Assembly: GCA_963726255.1 (NCBI GenBank) | Contig: CAVSBL010000002.1 | Location: 1,408,001-1,472,000 of the forward strand | Direction: 5' to 3' | From: Candidatus Bathyarchaeota archaeon | GTDB taxonomy: Archaea; Thermoproteota; Bathyarchaeia; 40CM-2-53-6 | Length of the DNA stretch: 64,000 nucleotides | In this document: positions 40,842 to 51,382 of the stretch, in pieces | How positions within the stretch are numbered: the stretch's first letter is position 1 | How the letters are laid out: every line of letters begins with the position of its first letter | Notes under the pieces: model-generated | Databases searched by the model: none | What the model was told of the DNA's origin: nothing | The model's input: the letters and a program-made list of their open reading frames with translations, nothing else | Made by a program: the position numbers and the translations under genes

Positions 40842-41276
40842 CTGACGATCTTATCTGGCGAAGAGATTGAGAGGCGCGTTCGATGCGGATCGCTTGGCCT
40901 CACGCCTTTCGACCGTGGATGCTTGAATGGGGGCGGTTACGATCTGCGCTTGGCTATGGATGTAGTCATTCCAGCGGGCGAACATCGCTTGGTCGCAACT
41001 CTTGAAAGAGTTGAACTCGGAGATGATATAGTAGGAACAATGCACATTCGCTCCTCCCTTGCGCGCAGTGGAATCATGGCTAGCTTAGCGCTGGTGGACC
41101 CAGGCTTTCGCGGGCAGCTGACGATCTCACTCTTCAACGCGGGTGCCGATTCGTTCAAAATGAGTCGGAATAGCAGGTTCGTGCAGTTGACGTTGCATGA
41201 GCTTAGCAGTAAGACGAGACTCGTGTACACCGGGAAGTATCAAGATAGCCAAGGAATTGTAGATAGCCGACCCTAG
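40842..41276 (+). CDS. dcd: dCTP deaminase (probable CTG start at 40842)
   Basis: TILSGEEI N-terminus, GYDLRL, RSSLARSG, VDPGFRGQLT, YTGKYQ. Confidence 0.88.
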   Translation: MTILSGEEIERRVRCGSLGLTPFDRGCLNGGGYDLRLAMDVVIPAGEHRLVATLERVELGDDIVGTMHIRSSLARSGIMASLALVDPGFRGQLTISLFNAGADSFKMSRNSRFVQLTLHELSSKTRLVYTGKYQDSQGIVDSRP

Positions 41277-41339
41277 TCGCCCTACTCTTTGTGTCAATTC
41301 GTGTCGAAACCGTTATTACTGTTCGGCATGGGCATGTGC

Positions 41340-42128
41340 ATGTCCCTACTTGTCAAAGCGACTAAAGAAGGCGGCATATTGAAAGCAGGTTCACGTATAT
41401 CCGACCTGAAATACAAGCTCATGACCATCGAGCTCCTCAACCTGGCCAAAAACTACTACACATACAGAGAACTCGCACAGATTATCGGCCTCCCTGAGAC
41501 GGTTCTAAGCAGGTACGTGAAAGGCCATGTTCTACCAACAATAGACAGAGCACAGAACATCAACAGAACCCTCCAGAAAATAATGCGACTTGAAGGAGAG
41601 ATTCAGCAAAGAATCCGTTTCGACGAATCGGGATACTTCGACAACACCAAACTCATTTCAGACACACTTCTACTTGAGCGGGCAGTTCAACATGCCGTAA
41701 ACGCATTTGCTGGCATGCGGATAACAAAGATCCTTGCCGCCGCCGTTGACGGCGTACCTCTGGCGGCGCTTCTTGCACACAGACTTGGCGTTGGCCTCGT
41801 AATTGCAAAGAAGAACAGGGAGGTAGGAGTACGAGAATTCATCGAGGAAGTTTACATCCCCAACAGGACTGCGATAATGGTCAGCCTATACGTCCCACGG
41901 GATGCGCTAAGGAAAGGAGACTGCGTACTAATAGTGGACGATGTCATCGACAGCGGTGAGACACAAATCGCTTTGACCAGAATCGTTCAGAAAGCCAAAG
42001 CGGAAGTTACAGGCATGTATGCACTTATCAGTACGGGTTCAGAGTGGAAGAACAGAATCGAAGCAGTCACTCATTGCCCCGTAGAAATCGTTTTGCAAGT
42101 AGGTAAGAAACCGCTACAAGAAGTCTGA
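41340..42128 (+). CDS. HTH + phosphoribosyltransferase-domain protein (PurR-like architecture)
   Basis: YTYRELAQIIGLPETVLSRYVKGHVLP HTH; VLIVDDVIDSGET PRPP loop; start uncertain. Confidence 0.82.
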   Translation: MSLLVKATKEGGILKAGSRISDLKYKLMTIELLNLAKNYYTYRELAQIIGLPETVLSRYVKGHVLPTIDRAQNINRTLQKIMRLEGEIQQRIRFDESGYFDNTKLISDTLLLERAVQHAVNAFAGMRITKILAAAVDGVPLAALLAHRLGVGLVIAKKNREVGVREFIEEVYIPNRTAIMVSLYVPRDALRKGDCVLIVDDVIDSGETQIALTRIVQKAKAEVTGMYALISTGSEWKNRIEAVTHCPVEIVLQVGKKPLQEV

Positions 42129-42228
42129 GTCAAGACCGGGCTTCGTTCAGCAGCCCGCCCGGATACGACTGGCTTTGCACGCCCATGCCTGTTAGCCTAT
42201 CTCAGTAGCCAGCTGCTGGTTTCATTCG

Positions 42229-43272
42229 CTAACTCTTGGGAATAGACATCTCAGCTTCGAGCACATTTGGCCTTAGCACGCCTCTCTCGGTAATGAAACC
42301 CGTCACAAGTTCCACGGGTGTCAGGTCGAAGGCTGGATTGAAGGCGAAGACACCTTTCGGTGCAATTCGTTTTCCTCCTATGTGGGTAACCTCCTGCGGG
42401 TTTCTTTCTTCGATTTTCACTTCAGACTGGTCGTTCCGGAGGTTGAAAGTTGAGGCAGGGGCCGCAACGTAGAATGGAACATTGTTCGCTTTCGCTGCCA
42501 GCGCAATAAGATAAGTACCTACCTTATTGGCCACGAATTTCTTTGTGATCCGATCCGCGCCCACAATCACTTTTTGCACCATACCCATTTCCATCACGTA
42601 GCCAACCGCTCCGTCAACTATCAATGTGACCGGAATTCCATCCCTGAGTAGTTCGTAAGTGGTCAGTTTGGCTCCCTGAAGCCTAGGCCGCGTCTCAGTG
42701 GCGATAACTCGAACTTTCTTGCCCTGTCGGATAGCTGTGCGAACAGGGGCAATTGCGGTCCCGTAACTTACAGTTGCGAGTGTTCCAGCGTTGCAATGGG
42801 TTAGGACTTGATCGCCATCATCAATAAGGCTGGCTCCGTGTTCGCCGATCCTGTGGTTTGCTTCGACATCTTCCTGGGCGATTTGTTGAGCTTCAGCAAC
42901 GACTTGCGCGGCTATCTCGTTCGGTCCACCCTCTGTTTGTTGGGCTTTCCGAAGAACCCTGTCAATCGCCCAGAATAGATTCCACGCGGTTGGGCGACTG
43001 TTTCGAAGTACTTCCGCTGCAGCTTGAAGGCCCTGCATGAACTGGCCTTTGTCTTTGGTTCGGTTCGCATTGGCCGCTAGCGCAAGCCCCATTGCAGCGG
43101 CAACGCCGATTGCTGGCGCCCCACGCACGGTCATGTCTTTGATGGCCTTTGCAACCTGCCGGTAATTTCGGAAGGATACGTAGGCAAATTTGTTGGGCAG
43201 CTTGGTTTGATCTATCATTCTCACTCGGCCGTCAACCCATTCAACAGTTCTCAGCGCGGACATGGGCTCCAA
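42229..43272 (-). CDS. mtnA: 5-methylthioribose-1-phosphate isomerase (eIF2B-alpha-like)
   Basis: VRGAPAIG, SRPTA, LTHCNAG, ETRPRLQG, GADRI, ANKVGT, NPAFD. Confidence 0.88.
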   Translation of the reverse strand: MEPMSALRTVEWVDGRVRMIDQTKLPNKFAYVSFRNYRQVAKAIKDMTVRGAPAIGVAAAMGLALAANANRTKDKGQFMQGLQAAAEVLRNSRPTAWNLFWAIDRVLRKAQQTEGGPNEIAAQVVAEAQQIAQEDVEANHRIGEHGASLIDDGDQVLTHCNAGTLATVSYGTAIAPVRTAIRQGKKVRVIATETRPRLQGAKLTTYELLRDGIPVTLIVDGAVGYVMEMGMVQKVIVGADRITKKFVANKVGTYLIALAAKANNVPFYVAAPASTFNLRNDQSEVKIEERNPQEVTHIGGKRIAPKGVFAFNPAFDLTPVELVTGFITERGVLRPNVLEAEMSIPKS

Positions 43273-43461
43273 GTAAGTCGCCTGTTAAGGACTAGGGTTA
43301 CCTGTTGGATTAGCTTTCCCATACCATTTGCTTGGTTGAGCGTTCGCCGAGTTCAGTGTTGACCAATTTCGGAAACTTACGGAGCAAAATATTGCTATCC
43401 GGCTACCTAGTCACAAAAGCATTAAGGGATGATGCGTCAGCGGTGAGGCAAGTGCTATCAC

Positions 43462-44025
43462 ATGGAGAACAGCCCCGCGCCCGTTCCTCAAGCCCCTTCA
43501 CAGACACAAGAAAAGCCACTGTTCACTCCCTGGAACGCCGTGTCCGACGGGCGTTTGGTCTACTTACCATACAAATCTGAACTCATGGAGCTACGAGACC
43601 GGGGGTTCGGCGAACTCAGAAAAGACAAGCTTCTCCTGTCTTCATACGAATCCTTCTACCTCCTAGAGAAACAGAAAATTCGCGTTTTCACCAAGAAAAG
43701 CAACCGGGAGTTAGAGCTTCGAGACCTTGTCCGGACATTTTCCGTCGGTAGACCCGAGATCTGGATAAAGTACTTGGTCTACAGGGACCTACGGGACCGT
43801 GGTTACATAGTTCGCGAGTCCACCAGGGCTTTCGATTTTGACATTTACGGAAAAGGGCCGCTAAGGCGATTAATCTCGATCGTATACGAGGGTGGCGAGG
43901 CAAGCCTCAGGAAACTGAGAGGACTACTTCAATATTCTGACAAGGAAAAGAAGGAACTGATACTAGCAGTTGTAGACCGACGCACAGACATAGTCTACTA
44001 TACGTTGAACTCGTTAAAGGTCTAG
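43462..44025 (+). CDS. tRNA-splicing endonuclease, structural (non-catalytic) subunit
   Basis: LSSYESFYL, KYLVYRDLRDRGYIV, ILAVVD...IVYY EndA fold; lacks the G-x-K-Y-G Tyr and the catalytic His. Confidence 0.8.
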   Translation: MENSPAPVPQAPSQTQEKPLFTPWNAVSDGRLVYLPYKSELMELRDRGFGELRKDKLLLSSYESFYLLEKQKIRVFTKKSNRELELRDLVRTFSVGRPEIWIKYLVYRDLRDRGYIVRESTRAFDFDIYGKGPLRRLISIVYEGGEASLRKLRGLLQYSDKEKKELILAVVDRRTDIVYYTLNSLKV

Positions 44026-44040
44026 AGACCGAACGGCGAC

Positions 44041-44562
44041 TTATTGGGGCTGCCGAGCGTTGCAGTGCGGGCAGATAAGTTCTCCACCGTGCAACTGAGC
44101 ACCGCACTGAACGCAATACCTGACTTGAGCAGGGCCAGTTCCCAGCGGCGGGACTGTTTGGGGTATTGCTGATTCGGCGCCGCGGTGATGAACGGCGCCT
44201 CCTATTGCCCCGCCGAATGCACCCGCAACAACGTTCGTTAGGAGAATAAAAACGACTGCTTCCTGCAACTGCGACAAGGGCGGCGTCGGGCCAGCGGGGT
44301 TGGGGACCACCTCGAAAACCAGGAATATCTCTAAAACACCTAGAAAGAACGGTATCGCAAGGATACTAGCCAATGCACCCGTTGCAGCAGCCTGATTGAT
44401 CTTTCCGTGGAGGACGTAGGCTGCGACTGCCCCCCCAATTATGGCTCCAGTCGCCGTGGAAATGGGCGGATCAACCACAATGCCCAAAACCGCAGCGAGT
44501 ACACCGCCAACAACTAGGCCGCTGCAGGTTGCAGCCCAAAAATCCTTACTCTTGGCGGACAT
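44041..44562 (-). CDS. Gly-rich four-TM membrane protein with C-terminal Zn ribbon
   Basis: Hydrophobic GxxxG helices; CVQCG...CPHC. Confidence 0.65.
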   Translation of the reverse strand: MSAKSKDFWAATCSGLVVGGVLAAVLGIVVDPPISTATGAIIGGAVAAYVLHGKINQAAATGALASILAIPFFLGVLEIFLVFEVVPNPAGPTPPLSQLQEAVVFILLTNVVAGAFGGAIGGAVHHRGAESAIPQTVPPLGTGPAQVRYCVQCGAQLHGGELICPHCNARQPQ

Positions 44563-44683
44563 AGCAACTCTAACTCCCAGAATTCCAGCCTCGCTATAAA
44601 GGAATTGCACCTAAGTGGTCCACATTCGACTCACAATGTTATAGGAGGGGCTCTCGTAGCTGCAACCCCGAACGTGAAGAAAC

Positions 44684-45997
44684 TTGACCGCCAAAACATT
44701 CACCCTCCCGCGAGGGATCCGAGACACAGACTCTAATGAGATGAATCGAAGATTATGGCTCTACGACAAGATACGCGACGTTGTTCGAAGGTATGGGTTC
44801 CAGATGGTTGAACCTGCAACGATTGAAAACTTGGAAACCCTTGAAGCGAAGAGTGGGCCAGCCATCCGCAATGAAATCTACTGGTTCAAGGACAAAAGCG
44901 GCCGAAGCCTTGGCCTCCGTTTCGACCTGACAGTAGGCTTGGCGAGGATGGTCGCTAATCGCTCCGACCTACCCGAACCCATCAAGTTCGCCACGATTGG
45001 TGGAAACTGGCGGTATGACGAACCACAATTTGGAAGGTATCGATACTTCACCCAATGGGACGTTGAAATCTTCGGCTCTGAAAGCCCGTTAGCCGATGCT
45101 GAGGTGATTAGCGTTGGGGCGGATATTTTAGGCGGCGTTGGTTTGAAAGATTCCATTATCAGAATAAGTAACCGTAAGCTCACGGAAGCTTACCTAAAGC
45201 AGTTAGGTATTCGTACGGGCAAGGCACTCGACCAGTGCCTCAGAACCATCGATAAGCTACGAAAAGCGAACCGCCCGCAGCTCGAAAAGGAGTTCCAAGC
45301 GGCCAAAGCAAAGAAAGATGCAATTGAAGACATCTTCTCGTTCATTTCTCTGAATGGCTCGCCCGAGAATGTTCTTGCGAGGCTGGATGGCTTCACCTTC
45401 AAGGAAGAGAATGCTAAGAAGGGTTTGGAGGAGTTGAAGATTCTAGCAGACGCATTAGCATCATTCGGGCGTTTGGGAATCTGTGCCTATGACCTCAGCA
45501 TAGTGCGTGGCATCGGTTACTACGACGGAATCGTCTTCGAAGCTTTCGACAAGGGTGGGGAGGACGTGGGCTCAATCTTCGGAGGGGGAAGGTACGATCG
45601 CCTGTGCAAGATATACGGAAAACGCGACATACCCGCAACTGGCGTGGCTGGTGGAATTGAACGCCTCATGATCTCCCTAGAACGGGGCAACCTGTTTCCG
45701 AAAAGCCAACTCGGTGCTAAAGTCTTCGTCGCAACGGTTCAGGAGAGTCTTAAGCAGGAGGCCATCAAGCTAGCCCAGAAACTTCGCGAGAACGGTGTGG
45801 CAACCGAAGTTGACTTGAAAACACGACCTTTCGGTAAGCAGCTAGAGTATGCTAATACGACAAGGATTCCATACTTGATAGTGCTCGGCCCACAAGAACT
45901 TCAATCGCAAATGGTCAAGGTTAAGGATATGGCCACTCGGAACGAAATGGAAGTGCCCTTGACCGGTCTAGTTGAGAAACTTCAGTCGCTGAATTAG
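44684..45997 (+). CDS. hisS: Histidyl-tRNA synthetase
   Basis: LRFDLT, WRYDEPQFGRYRYFTQ, RGIGYYDG, GGGRYD, GIERL. Confidence 0.95.
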   Translation: MTAKTFTLPRGIRDTDSNEMNRRLWLYDKIRDVVRRYGFQMVEPATIENLETLEAKSGPAIRNEIYWFKDKSGRSLGLRFDLTVGLARMVANRSDLPEPIKFATIGGNWRYDEPQFGRYRYFTQWDVEIFGSESPLADAEVISVGADILGGVGLKDSIIRISNRKLTEAYLKQLGIRTGKALDQCLRTIDKLRKANRPQLEKEFQAAKAKKDAIEDIFSFISLNGSPENVLARLDGFTFKEENAKKGLEELKILADALASFGRLGICAYDLSIVRGIGYYDGIVFEAFDKGGEDVGSIFGGGRYDRLCKIYGKRDIPATGVAGGIERLMISLERGNLFPKSQLGAKVFVATVQESLKQEAIKLAQKLRENGVATEVDLKTRPFGKQLEYANTTRIPYLIVLGPQELQSQMVKVKDMATRNEMEVPLTGLVEKLQSLN

Positions 45998-46422
45998 TCG
46001 CCGCCTATGAAGACTTCTTTCTCATAAGACTGTAGTATTGCAGTTAGGGTAGCCCGCTCACCGACTAAGTCACGCGTAGACACCACCCCAACCAACTTCC
46101 CTTGCTCGTCGACCACGACCACATGCCTGATTCTGTGTTTGTTCATGGCCTTAGCAGCTTCCGCCACTTCGGAGCTGGCCTTGACGGTGACAACCTGTTT
46201 CGTACTCACCTCGTCTATCGGCGAGGTTAACTTTCTGCCCGACGCTATCGCTTTCATGATGTCTCTTTCGGAGACAACTCCGGCAAGTTTCGTTTTGTCC
46301 CCGGCTTCGCATATGACTAGGAGTCCGATGTTGTTCTCAACCATGAGCTTCGCCGCATCAACCATTGATCTTCCGGCCGGAATCGTGACAGGGGGCCGCT
46401 GGATTATGTCCCCAACGATCAT
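45994..46422 (-). CDS. CBS-domain pair protein
   Basis: GVVSERDI...HRIRHVVVVD...GVVSTRDL. Confidence 0.88.
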   Translation of the reverse strand: MIVGDIIQRPPVTIPAGRSMVDAAKLMVENNIGLLVICEAGDKTKLAGVVSERDIMKAIASGRKLTSPIDEVSTKQVVTVKASSEVAEAAKAMNKHRIRHVVVVDEQGKLVGVVSTRDLVGERATLTAILQSYEKEVFIGGD

Positions 46423-46424
46423 GT

Positions 46425-47593
46425 TTACTGATCCTCCGCCCTGCCAAGTCTAGAATCTATCGGGATATATGGCAGCGCCGTTTTTCCCACGTATAGAGCC
46501 TTAGGTCGAATCAGCCTGTTTGCTTCTAGATATTCAATCGCGTGCGCGGTCCATCCGGCAATTCTACTCATGGCGAAGATGGCGGTGAACAAATCTGTGC
46601 TGATTCCAAGCACGTGAAAGACGATGCCTGAGTACGAGTCCACGTTCGGGAAAATCGGAAGCCCCTCGAGGTGTTTTCGCCGCTCGTCTCAATCGCTTCC
46701 GCTGTGTCGAATAACTTCGTTTGGCCCCTCTTTGCCGCTAGTTCTCCGCCAAGTTTCTTTAGAATCACATATCTTGGATCCCAAGTCTTGTAAACGCGAT
46801 GGCCGAATCCCATGATCTTCTTTTTCTGAGCGAGGCATTCGGTGACGTAACTCTCCGCTCTAGATGGCTCGCCCACCTCCATGACCGTCCGCAATGCAGC
46901 TTCGTTAGCGCCCCCGTGGAGTGGCCCTCTCAACGTCCCGATCCCTGAAGTTATTATGGAGTACATATCCGCTAGCGTTGAAGCAGTCACCGTGCACGAG
47001 AAGGTTGACGCGTTCATCTCGTGCTCCGCGTGAAGAATCAGGGCGACATCCATGACCTGGGCGTCGTACGGCTCAGGCTCCTTTCCCGTTAACATATACA
47101 GAAAATCTGCTGCGTGACTTAGTCCAAGTTTTGGTAAAATGGGCTCTCTTTGGTTTCTTATTCTGTCAAATGCGGTAATTATCGTGGGTGTTTTAGCTAA
47201 GATTCTAAGCGCCTTATCGATTCGTTCCTCGATGCTGTCCGTCATCGGGTGAGGGTCGTACACGCCGAGGGCCGAGACTGCTGTCCTTAAGACGTCCATT
47301 GGATCGCTGCTGGCGGGACATGAGCGAATTAGTTGCAGCACGCCTGGCTCAAGCGTGCGGTAGGACTCAATTCGACCCTTGAATTCGTCCAATTGGGATT
47401 TTGTTGGGAGCCAACCGTAGATGAGCAGGTAGGTAGTTTCTTCGAAGGTGGAGTGTTCGGATAGGTCATCGATGCTGTAGCCGCGGTAGAAGAGTTTGCT
47501 CGCTTCTCCGTCTATAAAACAGATCTTACTCTCTTTCACGTATACATTGTCAAGCCCTTTGTGAATGACAACGGGCTCTTTTACAGCAGTCAA
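46425..47593 (-). CDS. Citrate/2-methylcitrate synthase, frameshifted near 46685
   Basis: HAEHEMNAST, GPLHGGAN, MGFGHRVYK..DPR; C-terminus FPNVDSYSG...SRIAGW...LIRP is in another frame. Confidence 0.88.
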
Positions 47594-47674
47594 TTCGACC
47601 TGAATGTGATTCTACCTGGTCGTTTATACAAATTGCTTAGAAAAAAGAGAGGAGGGAAAATTTAGCCGGTTGGA

Positions 47675-48439
47675 CTAGGTGATTGTTACTGTGCCGTCGC
47701 CCAGGAACCAGAAGGGAGGCGTGTAAACCGTATCGAGGGGATCTTTCGGTACCATATTCGAATATGGCGAGACCGTACTGTACACCGAGTCTAGAACGTC
47801 GTTCCCATTTGACAGGTAGCTGACCAGTTGGCCGGTTAGATCGTCAATTAGGCCAAATTGGAGTGAGATGTCCCCGTTGCAAGCGACCGCTGCTCGAGCA
47901 CCTGCACTAACTAAGGCCTGGCCAATTCCGTTGGAATTCGAGGATATGAGCAGAATTAGTTTGACGTTGCTGAGAGAGCCGGGTGAGAAGTGGTTGGTGA
48001 AGAAGTCGAGGTCAACCCCTAGGGTTCCAGCGTTACCATTGATCCAGCCTTGACTGAAGTCCGAGGCGTATTTCTGTTGCGTCACACCATTGACTACCTC
48101 TCCAACGTACCAGTAGGTGGTGTGAGCAAATGTGTACGTGTTCGAGCGCCAGATTATTACATCATAATTATTCAGTTGAGTTAACAGGAAATCAATAGTG
48201 ACTGCGGAGTCGTTAACGAAAGTTACCTGATATCCGGCGTGCTTCAGATCCTCACTGATCAGCTTGCCATGGAAGCCCATGTGGGCCAGTGCCTCGAGAG
48301 ACGACAGTATGACGGCCTTGCGTTGGCTTTGCGCTAGAACGGGGGGCAACCCAAAGCTTAGCGCCGAAACAGGTGCGACCCCAACGACTGGGATAGACAA
48401 TAGTACCATTATGACTGCGGCAAGAAATATTCGTTGCAA
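47675..48439 (-). CDS. Secreted hypothetical protein
   Basis: Signal peptide; 254 aa. Confidence 0.6.
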   Translation of the reverse strand: MQRIFLAAVIMVLLSIPVVGVAPVSALSFGLPPVLAQSQRKAVILSSLEALAHMGFHGKLISEDLKHAGYQVTFVNDSAVTIDFLLTQLNNYDVIIWRSNTYTFAHTTYWYVGEVVNGVTQQKYASDFSQGWINGNAGTLGVDLDFFTNHFSPGSLSNVKLILLISSNSNGIGQALVSAGARAAVACNGDISLQFGLIDDLTGQLVSYLSNGNDVLDSVYSTVSPYSNMVPKDPLDTVYTPPFWFLGDGTVTIT

Positions 48440-48685
48440 ATTCTACACCTTTGCGGGCAGGAAGGATTCCGGGAAATAAAGAGTATCCTCGGAGGGTAAC
48501 AAATGCAAGTAAAAAATGCTCGAGAAAATTATTGGGAGTTACGACCCGGATACAACGAGCCCGTAGACGCGGACACTGCAATACGCGTTGTTCGTTTTAA
48601 TGTTTCAGTGACTTCTTGATGCAAAGGCGTCAATGAGTCAACAATGGCTGATGCTTCTAATCGCCTGTTGAAAGAAATGTGAATT

Positions 48686-48874
48686 TCACTTGCTGAAATG
48701 AATAAGCAAAAGCCCGAGAGCTACGAGGACGCTCCCCCGAAAGATCGTGTCCCATGCCAAGTTGAATGGGCCGAATCGCCAGTAAGATGCGCCGTACGCG
48801 TTGCCCAAATAGAGTCCGCCAAATGTGCAGATTAAGCCGCCTAGGTATTTCATGAGCCTTGAAATTAACGCCAT
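48686..48874 (-). CDS. Small two-TM protein
   Basis: 62 aa with two hydrophobic segments. Confidence 0.45.
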   Translation of the reverse strand: MALISRLMKYLGGLICTFGGLYLGNAYGASYWRFGPFNLAWDTIFRGSVLVALGLLLIHFSK

Positions 48875-48983
48875 GTTGATTCAGGGTGAGATGGCGCATT
48901 GGATTTGTGTTAATGGCTTGTGGCCTCATCCCCATGAAACATTAATATACCTATAATGGTACACTATTGTTTCGGCGCCCGAT

Positions 48984-49757
48984 ATGTCCCACGCTTCCAG
49001 AACACCACCCTGTAACTCCGACACGGAAACGAGGTCGGCGACGTTCCCAGCCCTATACGAGCTCTCTCGGCCACTACTGGACTACAATATCGTCATCGCC
49101 ATCGTCAAGGGGGATGTCGGGGCAGTCAACATACTCAAAGACGCGATGAGCATTTCAAAGGACCTTCGCATCGACAACCTAATTCTGGCGCTAGGACCTA
49201 CTACGCCGCTGTCGCTCCGACCACCTTCAGGATCGAGAATATTGTGGGCAACATTCACTGACGGCCAAAACCTCCTAAACGGCCCCCGATTAACCATAGT
49301 GCCACCAAACCAGCTCACAGACCTAAGCTTGAGCCTGGAAAAACTCTCCAAAACAAGAACCGGCCGCATTCCACTAATCATGGGAGACTTTCTTGACAAC
49401 GTGCTCTCCGTCTCCTCAGCCCCAGCAGAACTCTATTCATTCTTATGCAAACTCTTCACCAGAATTCGGACAAACGGGCAGACGGCGTTCTTCGTAGCGA
49501 CAGAGGATTTGCACGACTCAAAGAAAACTGCAATACTCAAGAGGTTCGCCGACGTTGTCATCGAATACCGAGCAGTACAGGAACTAACCGAGAGCAGGCT
49601 GGAAGCTCGTATCTTCGACCACGCAGAGAACCACTACACTATATGGGACGAGAAAAGCACGTACTCGAAATATGAAAATCGACCATTCCTAAGCCACGAG
49701 CTTCCAAAGATCGGGCGCCAGCCCAACCTCATCACCGAAGCCCAAGGATATTTCTAG
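48984..49757 (+). CDS. Degenerate RecA/KaiC(RAD55)-like domain protein
   Basis: LTDLSLSL...IMGDFLDN...LKRFADVVIE pattern with no Walker A; start uncertain. Confidence 0.55.
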   Translation: MSHASRTPPCNSDTETRSATFPALYELSRPLLDYNIVIAIVKGDVGAVNILKDAMSISKDLRIDNLILALGPTTPLSLRPPSGSRILWATFTDGQNLLNGPRLTIVPPNQLTDLSLSLEKLSKTRTGRIPLIMGDFLDNVLSVSSAPAELYSFLCKLFTRIRTNGQTAFFVATEDLHDSKKTAILKRFADVVIEYRAVQELTESRLEARIFDHAENHYTIWDEKSTYSKYENRPFLSHELPKIGRQPNLITEAQGYF

Positions 49758-49781
49758 CAAGTCGGACTGAACAACGAGAAG

Positions 49782-51080
49782 TTACGCGGTTCTTATCGTT
49801 GCTGCCCCTTGCAGGCCAAGCTCCTTAATTGAAATCTCCCGCATCTTGAACTTCTGGATTTTCCCCGTAACCGTCATAGGAAACGAGTCTGTGAACTTGA
49901 AGTAGGCTGGAACCTTGAAGTACGCTATTCTCGCTTTGCAGTATTCCTGAAGTTCCAGGGCTGTTGCAGTCTGCCCAGGTTTCAGTTTGACCCACGCCAT
50001 GACTTCTTCTCCGTACTTTCGGCTTGGAACTCCGATTACTTGAACATCCGAAACCTTGGGATGCGTGTAGAGGAAATCTTCCACTTCTCTCGGGAAAATC
50101 TTCTCGCCGCCACGGCTAATCATATCCTTAGTTCGCCCGACGATGTTCACGTAGCCATTCTGTTGCATAACTGCAAGGTCTCCAGTGTGCATCCAACCCT
50201 CGGAGTCAATGGCTTCCCGAGTGGCTTCTGGATTGTTCCAATACTTCAGCATCACGAGGTAACCGCGAACGCACAACTCTCCCGCAGATCCGCATGGTAG
50301 AGTTCGGCGATGAACATTGTTGGTACGCCGTGAAGCGCTGTGCACTTTTCCTCCTCCACAGTCCTGAGGACGGTTTCCGCGCTGAAAGCATCCGAGGGAA
50401 GAACCATGGTTGCACCATGGGTAACGCACGCAAGGTTCCCTAGCACCATTCCGAAACAATGGTAGAAGGGTACTGGGATGCACAATCTGTCGTGGTGAGT
50501 GAAATTCATTCCCTCGCCAACGAAGAAACCATTATTCAAGATGCCATAATGGGTTAGGGTGGCGCCTTTCGGAAAACCAGTGGTTCCCGACGTATATTGA
50601 ATGTTGATGGCGTCATAACATTCGAGCGCCCTTTCTCTTTCTCTAAGCTCGGCTGGGGAGGAGTTCATTGTTCCGATGTCTATGAAACGTTCCCAGGGAA
50701 GCATTGAGGATGGGGAGGGCTCACCGCAATTGCTGAGTGTTATGACTCGTCGTAGGGCGGGGACACGGGTTGCTTTGATTTCCTGGTCAGGCGAATTGAG
50801 TCATGACCCATTCCGCGTTGTTCGGGGACCATATGCCGACGCAATCTCCCTTCTGCACGCCGAACCCGAGAAGCGCTGCGGCAAATTCATCCACCCGTTC
50901 CTTGAGCTGTGCGTAAGTGAACCTGAGGCCCTGATGCCTTGAAACGAGCGCCTCTCCATCCTCATACCTAGAGACTACCTCGTCGAAGAAACTCCCAACC
51001 GTCTTTTCGATGAGAAGCCTATCTGCCGGGCCTTGTTGGTAGCTTGGGCCCGGCCTGTTTTCCTTCATTTGCGCTCGCAC
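49782..51080 (-). pseudogene. AMP-binding acyl-CoA synthetase with two internal deletions and frame changes
   Basis: Three fragments: N-terminus to EWVMTQFA; [15 protein letters not shown]...[10 protein letters not shown]; GELCVRGY...HTGDL...FPMTVTGKIQKF. The TAK..NINP segment and the GSPCP/YGxTE segment are missing. Confidence 0.8.
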
Positions 51081-51144
51081 GCCGTTTGGGGTTTGGGGGT
51101 GGAAGAATAGTTCTTGGTACCTTTACTAAATACGGTAAAATGCT

Positions 51145-51292
51145 TGGCGGGCCCGCGGGGATTTGAACCCCGGACTTCTGCACTGGCCTTCCAGTTCTAC
51201 AGCTTTTTCCGGGTGTTCCTTAGGGGGTTCGGCAACAATCTCCGCCTCTTTAAGCGGAGCCTGCCGCTCTATCCAACCTGAGCTACGGGCCC
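51145..51292 (-). tRNA. tRNA-Arg(CCU) with three introns (30/31, 37/38, 45/46); C at position 33
   Basis: Removing 51228-51260, 51205-51220 and 51176-51196 gives a 78-nt cloverleaf with GCAGC CCCCTAA GCTGT AGGTC; A20 present. Confidence 0.8.
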
Positions 51293-51382
51293 AGAGCTGG
51301 AACGGGGCGGCTAAAGTAAAAGGATTAAGGCGGGATGATTCGAAGAAGCTTAAAGAATCAACGGGTTTTCCTTTGGGGTTGA

